Below are positions 56,705 through 64,000 of a stretch of DNA of 64,000 bases, piece by piece. The notes beneath the pieces are model-generated. The model made no database searches. It had not been told where the DNA came from and was given only the letters and a program-made list of their open reading frames with translations. Position numbers and translations under genes: made by a program. Location of the stretch: contig CAXXQS010000001.1 in NCBI GenBank assembly GCA_963674735.2, forward strand, positions 2,208,001-2,272,000. The letters are read 5' to 3'. Within the stretch, counting starts at the first letter, position 1. Every line of letters begins with the position of its first letter. Source of the stretch: Myxococcota bacterium. Lineage in GTDB: Bacteria > Myxococcota_A > SURF-8.

Positions 56705-58630
56705 ATGCAGAAACGTACGATCCTTAACAGGATTTTCATGGTGCTGCTGATTGCGACCGTCGTGATGCTGTTGGCCTGTGAAGGCACGCCCGACCGCTCG
56801 CTAACAATCAAGACCTACGCGCCATTCAATCAAAACAATGAATCGTCCTCGCCGGTGATGCAGAATGTCACCTGGGTGCGCGTCGGCGTATTTGAGAAAG
56901 TGGGCGACGACTACCGCAATACGGCGCTGTACGAGTTTACCGACTTGACCGAAGACCTGGATCTGGAAGACCTGCCGGCTTCCGAAACCATCCCCTACAC
57001 CTATGTGATCGAGGGTTTCGGCGCGAACAGCGTTTCGGCTACCATCACCTGCGATTCATGCCCGAGCACGGCTTGGAGTTGCCAGACCGATCCCGTTCAG
57101 CGCCTCGATTTCTGCACGCGCACGATGGAAGACGCTGTTGTCGCACGCGGAGTATCGGGTCCGACGCTTTACACCGGCGACGACAGCGCGGAAGTCGACG
57201 TGATGCTCAGCCTGGTCCAAGACTTCGCGGTTGCGACTGTTCCCGAAGGCGATCCGGCGACGATGGTTGCCGCCCGTCATGGCCATGGCGCCATCGCAAC
57301 ACCGGACGGAAAAGTTCTATTGATCGGCGGTGAGTCGACGCTGGCTTCTTCCACCTATCCGCCCAACGCCGAAGTATTCGATCCTGCGACCAGCACCTTC
57401 AGTGAAATTCAAGCCACGGGCTTCAACAGCGGTCGCGCGTATTTCTCGATGACCCCGCTGCCTACCGCCGAATCGGATGACGGAACCGTCACGACGGCAA
57501 GCTTCCTGATGATCGGCGGCCAGGATGCCGGTGGAGCCAAGTCGGAAATCTACATCGGCACCTACGACGTCACCGGCCCCAGCCTGACACTTTCGCAGGT
57601 AACCGCTCCGGCCGGTTGGCAGCCTATCTCTCACCACTCCGCCACCGTCATGAACGATGGCAAGGTGCTGATCGTCGGCGGGCAGACCACCGGCAACAGC
57701 CCCATCAATAATGCCTGGATCTTCGATCCCGCCACACGCACCGTCGCGGCGACCGGCGCTCTTTCACGCGCGCGTTACCGCCACTCCGCGACCCTGATGC
57801 CCAACGGAAACGTCGTGGTCGTCGGTGGTCTGGTTTTCGAAGGAAACGAATACGTCACCACGTCCTGGGTGGAAGTTTACAAGGCCGATACGGGCATTTT
57901 CGAACGCCCCGATTACGGAGAAGAAGACGGCAGCGATGCCGAAGCGCTGACCAGCCGTGCGGGTCATGTAGCCGTTCTGGTGGCCAATCGTCAGGCCGAC
58001 GGCAGCGTAGCCGAAGTCGATTACGACTCGGCGCGTGTAGCGATCTACGGCGGCTACCGCTACGAAGATCAAGATTTCAACAGTGGCTTCTACTACTACA
58101 ACATGCCGCCGGGTCAAAGCACCGAGAACGTTCAGCCGATCAACGTGCTGTTCATCGATTCCGACGGCAAGGTCGAAATCACGCCGATCACCCCGAACCC
58201 GGGTTACGTCGCAGCGATGACCCAGGGCGCTTCGCCCATGCCGCATCCCGCGGTGGACAGCCAAGTGCTGCCCCTGGGTGACTCGGGCGACACCGTACTG
58301 CTAGTCGGTGGCCGTGCCAACAACAATAATGAGCCGTCCCGCTGGGCGGAGGTCGTCAAATTCGCCGGAGGCGAAGGCGGCTATTCGTTGAGCAGTTTCG
58401 AATTCGGTCCGGCCGACGAAGACGTGGTCAACACGCCTTTCCGTGCCGCCGTTTTGGGAACCGGTCGTTTCGACCACACCGTCACGTTGATGAGCAACGG
58501 CATGGTTCTGGTTGCGGGTGGCCGTACCTTCCGCAACAACCAAACGCTGTCCCTTTCCACGGCGGAGATCTTCGTACCGCCCACCTACAACCGCTGGGGC
58601 AACGTGTTTAAAGTCGTGTCCGACTTCTAA
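56705..58630 (+). CDS. Kelch-repeat lipoprotein
   Basis: Lipobox LLAC; repeats R..H.AT...GKVLIVGG...AEVFDP. Confidence 0.82.
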   Translation: MQKRTILNRIFMVLLIATVVMLLACEGTPDRSLTIKTYAPFNQNNESSSPVMQNVTWVRVGVFEKVGDDYRNTALYEFTDLTEDLDLEDLPASETIPYTYVIEGFGANSVSATITCDSCPSTAWSCQTDPVQRLDFCTRTMEDAVVARGVSGPTLYTGDDSAEVDVMLSLVQDFAVATVPEGDPATMVAARHGHGAIATPDGKVLLIGGESTLASSTYPPNAEVFDPATSTFSEIQATGFNSGRAYFSMTPLPTAESDDGTVTTASFLMIGGQDAGGAKSEIYIGTYDVTGPSLTLSQVTAPAGWQPISHHSATVMNDGKVLIVGGQTTGNSPINNAWIFDPATRTVAATGALSRARYRHSATLMPNGNVVVVGGLVFEGNEYVTTSWVEVYKADTGIFERPDYGEEDGSDAEALTSRAGHVAVLVANRQADGSVAEVDYDSARVAIYGGYRYEDQDFNSGFYYYNMPPGQSTENVQPINVLFIDSDGKVEITPITPNPGYVAAMTQGASPMPHPAVDSQVLPLGDSGDTVLLVGGRANNNNEPSRWAEVVKFAGGEGGYSLSSFEFGPADEDVVNTPFRAAVLGTGRFDHTVTLMSNGMVLVAGGRTFRNNQTLSLSTAEIFVPPTYNRWGNVFKVVSDF

Positions 58631-58651
58631 GCCGTCTCGAATCGTTCTTTC

Positions 58652-58687
58652 AGAGGTAAACAGGTCAATCTGTTTACCTCTTTTTTT
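58652..58687 (+). terminator. Intrinsic terminator
   Basis: AGAGGTAAACAG-loop-CTGTTTACCTCT followed by a T run. Confidence 0.8.
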
Positions 58688-58707
58688 GTCTGCGAAAAGG
58701 AGTCGCG

Positions 58708-59592
58708 ATGCCGTTCCCACTCGCTATGCCCGCCGTGCAAAACATGGCTCGACATATCCGCAAAGACGTGCTGGTCCAAACACATCATGCCCGTTCCGGT
58801 CATCCCGGCGGACCGCTATCGGCAGCGGATTACCTCACCCTGCTCTTTTTTCGACACCTGAACATCAAGCCGGAGCAGCCCGACTGGCCGGAGCGCGATC
58901 GGTTTATTTTGTCCAACGGCCACTGCTCGGCTCTGATCTACGCTCTGTTGGCCCGCCGCGGCTTCTTCCCCTTGTCCGACTTGCTCACTTTCCGTTCGAC
59001 CGGATCGCAGCTTCAGGGACATCCGAATCGGCTCAAAGTCCCCGGACTCGACGCTTCGACCGGGTCGCTGGGCCAAGGGTTGGCCGTCGGGCACGGAATG
59101 GCTCTCGGCCTGCGGTTGGATGGTCTGAACGACGCCCGCGTCTACGTCAACCTGGGCGACGGCGAGTTGCAGGAAGGTTGCGTGTGGGAGGCCGTCATGG
59201 CAGCGGGGCATTATCGTTCCGATAACCTGATCGCCATGGTGGATGATAACAACGCTCAAATCGATGGACGCGTGGAAGATGTCATGGGCGTTGCACCACT
59301 GGCCGATAAGTTCCACGCCTTTCGCTGGCATGTCATCGAAACGGACGGCCACGACCTGGAAGGCATCGAGCAGGCTTTCCGTGAGGCAAAAGAAACGAGC
59401 GGTAAACCGACGGTGATCCTCTTTCGTACCCGCATGATGCACGGCGTACCGTCTTTTGAAGACGATCCGGCCTGGCATGGCAAGCCACCCAATCGGGATG
59501 AATTGCAAATCGCTCTGCACGAACTCGGATTCAACCTCAGCCCCGAACAGGCTGTCGATCAATACCGCAGGGGGGAGGCCGAACATGTTTGA
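58708..59592 (+). CDS. Transketolase, N-terminal (TPP-binding) subunit
   Basis: SGHPGG, RDRFILSNGH, LQGHP, STGSLGQG, GDGELQEG. Confidence 0.93.
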   Translation: MPFPLAMPAVQNMARHIRKDVLVQTHHARSGHPGGPLSAADYLTLLFFRHLNIKPEQPDWPERDRFILSNGHCSALIYALLARRGFFPLSDLLTFRSTGSQLQGHPNRLKVPGLDASTGSLGQGLAVGHGMALGLRLDGLNDARVYVNLGDGELQEGCVWEAVMAAGHYRSDNLIAMVDDNNAQIDGRVEDVMGVAPLADKFHAFRWHVIETDGHDLEGIEQAFREAKETSGKPTVILFRTRMMHGVPSFEDDPAWHGKPPNRDELQIALHELGFNLSPEQAVDQYRRGEAEHV

Positions 59593-60532
59593 TCGCTGGG
59601 AAAGCAAGCTTACCCGCCAAGCTTATGCGGATGCCTTGGTGGAACTCGGAAACGAAGATAACCGGGTGGTCGTCTTCGATGCCGATCTGGCGGCCTCTAC
59701 CCTGACCCGCCAATTCGCCCAGGCTCACCCCGACCGTTTCTTCGATATGGGGATCGCCGAGCAAGGCATGGTCGGGACCGCCGCCGGTCTGGCGCTGATG
59801 GGTTTTCGACCCTTCATCACCTCCTACGCCATGTTCGTGGCCGGACGTGGTTGGGAACTGATCCGGCAGCAATGCAGTTACGGAGAAGCGGGCGTCGTCA
59901 TTGTCGGTGCTCACGGCGGCATCTCCGTCGGCAAGGATGGCCCGACCCACCAAAGCACCGAAGATCTGGCCCTGATGCGGGTTCTTCCCAATTTGTCGGT
60001 GGTGGTTCCCTGCGATTACTGGGAAACCTTCAAGGTGGTCAAATATGCGGGACGAACCCGCGCCCCCTTCTACTTCCGTATCGGCCGTGAACCGGTTCCG
60101 TCCCTCACCAAACCCGACGATCCATGGGAGCTTGGACGCGCAAACACCTTGGCGGAGGGCACCGATATCACCCTGATCGCCTGTGGGCTGGCCGTGGCCA
60201 TTGCGCTTGAGGCCCGCGATCAGTTAGGACAAGAAGGAATCTCGGCGCGTGTACTCAACATGCACACACTCAAACCTTTGGACCGTAGCGCGATTGCCGC
60301 GGCGCAACACGACACCCGGGCAATCGTCACAATCGAGGAACATTCGGTGATCGGTGGTTTGGGTTCGGCGGTGGCGGAAGTCGTAGCTCAATCCGAGAAT
60401 CCGGTGCCGCTACGCATCGTGGGCGTGCAGGACCGCTTTCTCGAATCCGGTCCCCCTGAAGATTTGCTTGAAATCGCCGGACTCACGGCCCGGCACGTGG
60501 CCTCGACAGTCAGAAACTTGATTGAGGCTTGA
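59585..60532 (+). CDS. Transketolase, C-terminal subunit
   Basis: DADLA, GIAEQ, DGPTHQ, EEHSVIGGLG. Confidence 0.93.
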   Translation: MFDRWESKLTRQAYADALVELGNEDNRVVVFDADLAASTLTRQFAQAHPDRFFDMGIAEQGMVGTAAGLALMGFRPFITSYAMFVAGRGWELIRQQCSYGEAGVVIVGAHGGISVGKDGPTHQSTEDLALMRVLPNLSVVVPCDYWETFKVVKYAGRTRAPFYFRIGREPVPSLTKPDDPWELGRANTLAEGTDITLIACGLAVAIALEARDQLGQEGISARVLNMHTLKPLDRSAIAAAQHDTRAIVTIEEHSVIGGLGSAVAEVVAQSENPVPLRIVGVQDRFLESGPPEDLLEIAGLTARHVASTVRNLIEA

Positions 60533-60544
60533 AACCGGGTCTGC

Positions 60545-61123
60545 CTAGCTTTTCATCATGCCTAGGTAATCGGCTACCGAATCTCGACACGCCATCAGGT
60601 ATTCGGATTTGCGCTCGGTTTTACTCATGAGCAGGCAGCCTTGCAACGTGGCCACGATCCAGCGCCCCGTTTTATCAGGCACCATATTCGGCCGAAAATA
60701 ACCCGATTGCATGCCGCTAAGCAATTGGCGATTCAAGCGGCTGCGCAGACCATCGAAGAAAACGGCGATACGCTGCCTGAGCGGCTCGTGATTGTTGGAC
60801 AGTTCCTGAGCCAGCGTACCCATAATGCAACCACCGCGATAATCGTTTTCCTGCATGTTTTCGATAAGAAGATTGAAAAATCCCACAATCGCACGAATGG
60901 GGTCGGTTTCCTCATCAAGCGGTTTGAAGTAGTGGAGGCTGTATTCTCTTTCCATATAATCGATAAGATGTAGAAGCAAATCCTCTTTGTTCTTGAAATG
61001 ATAATACAAGTTCGGTCTGGTCACTCCGATCTCCGCGGCTACATCTTCCAATCGGGTATTGGCATACCCGTTGACAAGCACAACCTTCGCCGCCTGCTGT
61101 AAAATGCGTTCCTTGGTTAGCAT
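60545..61123 (-). CDS. TetR/AcrR family regulator (NemR/LmrA-like)
   Basis: HTH GY..T..EDVA...GV....LYYHFKNKEDL; GGCIMG. Confidence 0.9.
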   Translation of the reverse strand: MLTKERILQQAAKVVLVNGYANTRLEDVAAEIGVTRPNLYYHFKNKEDLLLHLIDYMEREYSLHYFKPLDEETDPIRAIVGFFNLLIENMQENDYRGGCIMGTLAQELSNNHEPLRQRIAVFFDGLRSRLNRQLLSGMQSGYFRPNMVPDKTGRWIVATLQGCLLMSKTERKSEYLMACRDSVADYLGMMKS

Positions 61124-61261
61124 ACCGACCTCTCCTCCCATCCGGAGACGATGCTCACAAGTCGAAGCCTCATCTCCAAATACAACGATCCCTCCCCCCC
61201 CCGGGGCGGAACAATCCCGAATTCTTATTTATTTAGCCCAGTCTTTTCCTCGACAAAAGAT

Positions 61262-61289
61262 ATTGTAACAAAAGGAGAAAGTTTGTCAA
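61262..61289 (-). promoter_or_regulatory. Putative sigma70 promoter of tetR
   Basis: Minus strand TTGACA-N16-TACAAT with extended TG. Confidence 0.6.
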
Positions 61290-61329
61290 CATCAAAGTAG
61301 AATTTCAGGTTTCCCGTTTATCCAAGCAT

Positions 61330-63678
61330 TCAGGTAGCTTCCATCGCCTTGTATAATTCACTTAGTCTTTTGCGCGCCAATTTATGCACTTCTTTCGCCG
61401 GTCGATTCATCAATATTTCAACGCCATCATCAATGCTGCGGATCGTCCAGATATGAAATTTACCGGCTTTCACGGCGGAGACCACTTCATCATCCAAAAC
61501 CAGATTGACTTCGTTCTGGTGCGGAATCACCACCCCTTGCCGACCGGTCAGTCCTTTGGCTTTACAAATCCGGAAAACGCCTTCGATTTTTTCGTTGGCC
61601 CCGCCGATAGGCTGCACTTCCCCGCGTTGGTTCATGGAGCCGGTAATGCAAACCCCCTGGCGGATGGGAACTTGGGCCAATGAGCTGATCAAAGCATACA
61701 ATTCGGCGCAAGAAGCCGAATCACCCTCGATCGTTCCGTACATCTGCTCGAAACACAAAGAGGCCGATAGCGCCAAAGGTTTTTCCTGGGCGTAAAGCCC
61801 ACCAATAATCCCCACCAGGATGAGAGACGCCTTGGAGTGAATCTGCCCCGACATCTTCGCCTCGCGGTCGATGTTCAGAATGCCGCTCTGGCCGACATAA
61901 GTTTTCGCCGTGATACGGGAGGGAATCCCGAATGCGTGGTCACCGATGTCGTACACGGCGATACCGTTGATCTGACCGACCACCTCCCCTTTCACGTCGA
62001 TAAGCACATGCCCTTCCCGGATCTGTTCGTACATCTCGTACTCAAGCTTACCGGTCCGGTAGCTGCGTTCACGCATGGCCCGCAGCACGTGCTTTTCACT
62101 CACGATTTTTGCGCCGCTCTCATACGCCCAGAAATTGGCCTCCGATACGATGTTGATCAGGTTGATGAAGCGGGCACTCAAACGCCGCTGATGTTCGGCC
62201 AAGCGGGAACCGTATTCGATGATGCGCGCCATGGCCGAGGCATCGAAGTGCAACAAGCCGTCTTCCTCGACCAGCCGCCGAATGAAACCGGCATACTTCT
62301 TCATGTTGGTCAGGTTGCGCGGCAGATATTCATCGAACTCGGCTTTCACCTTGAACAGCCGCGAGAAATCCTCGTCGTAATGCAACATGTAGTAGTAGAA
62401 ATCGAAATTCCCGATCAGAATCACCTTCGTCTGCAAGGGAATCGGCATGGGCTTGGGTGAGACCGTCGATCGCGTACGCTGCTCGATGTCCAGTTCCTCG
62501 ATGGTCACTTCCTTGTTGCGCAACGCCTTTTTCAACGCGTCCCAGGCATACATGCTCTTCATGAGATCGTTCGCCTGGATCACCAGGTAGCCACCGTTGG
62601 CGCGGTGCAAAGATCCGGCGCGAATCAGCGTGTAATCGGTAAACAAGATGCCGAAATGCTCCTGATATTCCACACAGCCAAGCAGGTTGTGCAACGTGGG
62701 CGTATTCTCGAAAACCACCGGTGCACCCGTGCCGTTCTTGTTTTTCACAAGCACGTTCACCCGGAATTCGTGAAAATCGGGTTGGGGTGGAGCGGGCATG
62801 CCCTCCCCTAGACCCTCGACATCTTCCTGGCTACGTTGAAAATCGCGGAAGGCATCGGGGATTTGCAAACGCATGGTATCGAACCACTTGTTCAGGTCCT
62901 GAACCATACCGTATTTCCGCTTCAGATCTTCAACCAGATCTTCCGTGTTTTTCAGGATCTGGTCGTGCTCCAGCTTCCGGATTTGCGACTGCTTGACGCG
63001 GTCGAGTTTGCGTTGGTTGCGCAGAAAGTCGCTGATTTCGTCCTGTATGTCACGCACCTTGTCTTCGTAGTATTTACGCTCGACCATCGTAAGCTGTTCG
63101 AATTCCTCGTGGTCGAGGGGCCGCCCGTCACGGATCACCTGAATCAGCAATTCCCCGCTGACCTGCTCGATATGCAAATCGTTTTTACGACCCAGCCGCT
63201 TCAAGCGGTTGAAAACACGCTGTTCTTTCTTGCGGCTGGTTTCTTCGATTTTCTGGCCCAACTGCAGGTACTTATCGCCTTCCTGTACCCGTGGGATCAG
63301 CCGTTTCAACTCGTTGACAAAGGCGCTCATATCCTTCTGGAACTGAACCCCCATCCCCGGCGACATCTGAAAAGCCTGGGGACGGTTCGAATCATCAAAA
63401 TTGTAAACGTAGACCCAGTCGGGGGCGGTTGGCTCGTTGCGCGCCCTTTTTTTGAGCAGGTTCTTCAAGATCGAGGTCTTGCCCGATCCCGAATCGCCAA
63501 GCAGGTAGATATTGAAGCCCTTCATCTTGTTGGAAAGACCGAAGTTGACAGCTCGGATGGCGCGCTCGTGGCCGAATGCGCCTTTGAGCATTTTGACATC
63601 CTGGGTGCTCTTGTAAGTCAGGCAATCCGCGTCGCAGCGGTTCGTCAGTTTTTCCCAGTTCAATTCGCGCTTGGCCAT
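61330..63678 (-). CDS. Lon-like S16 protease (LonC/AAA_32 type)
   Basis: GDSGSGKT, GSLHRANGG, GQINGIAV, EGDSAS (catalytic Ser), GGANEKIEG (catalytic Lys). Confidence 0.88.
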   Translation of the reverse strand: MAKRELNWEKLTNRCDADCLTYKSTQDVKMLKGAFGHERAIRAVNFGLSNKMKGFNIYLLGDSGSGKTSILKNLLKKRARNEPTAPDWVYVYNFDDSNRPQAFQMSPGMGVQFQKDMSAFVNELKRLIPRVQEGDKYLQLGQKIEETSRKKEQRVFNRLKRLGRKNDLHIEQVSGELLIQVIRDGRPLDHEEFEQLTMVERKYYEDKVRDIQDEISDFLRNQRKLDRVKQSQIRKLEHDQILKNTEDLVEDLKRKYGMVQDLNKWFDTMRLQIPDAFRDFQRSQEDVEGLGEGMPAPPQPDFHEFRVNVLVKNKNGTGAPVVFENTPTLHNLLGCVEYQEHFGILFTDYTLIRAGSLHRANGGYLVIQANDLMKSMYAWDALKKALRNKEVTIEELDIEQRTRSTVSPKPMPIPLQTKVILIGNFDFYYYMLHYDEDFSRLFKVKAEFDEYLPRNLTNMKKYAGFIRRLVEEDGLLHFDASAMARIIEYGSRLAEHQRRLSARFINLINIVSEANFWAYESGAKIVSEKHVLRAMRERSYRTGKLEYEMYEQIREGHVLIDVKGEVVGQINGIAVYDIGDHAFGIPSRITAKTYVGQSGILNIDREAKMSGQIHSKASLILVGIIGGLYAQEKPLALSASLCFEQMYGTIEGDSASCAELYALISSLAQVPIRQGVCITGSMNQRGEVQPIGGANEKIEGVFRICKAKGLTGRQGVVIPHQNEVNLVLDDEVVSAVKAGKFHIWTIRSIDDGVEILMNRPAKEVHKLARKRLSELYKAMEAT

Positions 63679-63687
63679 TGGTTTCCC

Positions 63688-64000
63688 CTATTTCTTCTTT
63701 TTCTTGACAGCTTTTCTGCGGCGGGCCTCCTGCGCATCGATCTTCTGGCGGGCGATACTCTGAATCGCCGACGACACAGCCCGGCTTTTGGAGATTATTT
63801 TGATGTCTTTTTCGAACAGAGTGCCAAGCATCTTGTTGGCAATGGTCAACGGGGTCTTGGGATTGGTCACCAAGGCATGCCGGATCGCATAGGTCCGCGT
63901 ATAGGCCGCCATTTTCGCAATCTGTTCCAGTACTTCGGAGTCGACGGTACGCGACTCGGCGGCGCGTTCGATCTCGGTGGCGGTGACTCGGGGGTTGCGC
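63688..64000 (-). CDS. Hypothetical helical-repeat protein, C-terminal fragment (truncated by window edge)
   Basis: Frame open to the window end; Y.IRHALVTNPKTP motif and basic tail. Confidence 0.6.
   Translation of the reverse strand, partial: RNPRVTATEIERAAESRTVDSEVLEQIAKMAAYTRTYAIRHALVTNPKTPLTIANKMLGTLFEKDIKIISKSRAVSSAIQSIARQKIDAQEARRRKAVKKKKK

Noticed and set aside
1-64000. CRISPR arrays, rRNA, IS elements, prophage
   Set aside because: No regularly spaced repeats, rRNA-like stretches, transposases or phage structural genes were seen

Overview
Gene-dense bacterial chromosomal window with no phage, IS, integrase or CRISPR array visible. Much of the content looks like a Myxococcota-type 'deltaproteobacterium' (inferred, not proven): a classical mevalonate operon, acidic Cys-rich lipoproteins, PEGA and Kelch proteins, and SpoIID. 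The centre (about 19.2-37.5 kb) holds a reductive-type dissimilatory sulfite reduction cluster on the minus strand: siroheme genes sirC-like and cobA/hemD, then dsrD, dsrAB, dsrN-TPR-dsrC and dsrTMKJOP. It has an unusual dsrD-before-dsrA order and short DsrAB subunits. Back-to-back with it is a divergent 8-gene oxygen/iron-defence operon: cytochrome b5-membrane protein, three atypical ferritin-like proteins, rubrerythrin, desulfoferrodoxin, ferritin and a HEAT-repeat protein. That operon ends just before a tRNA(CAU). The left part encodes a ~1,870-aa lipid-anchored teneurin-like RHS/YD protein with a ZU5-type HFS motif, a short poly-Asp cargo and no adjacent immunity gene, plus peptidoglycan enzymes. 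The right part is mostly housekeeping and envelope genes (mrp, glyQS, histidine kinase, split transketolase, TetR, LonC-like protease). All calls come from motif recognition by eye; no database searches were run.
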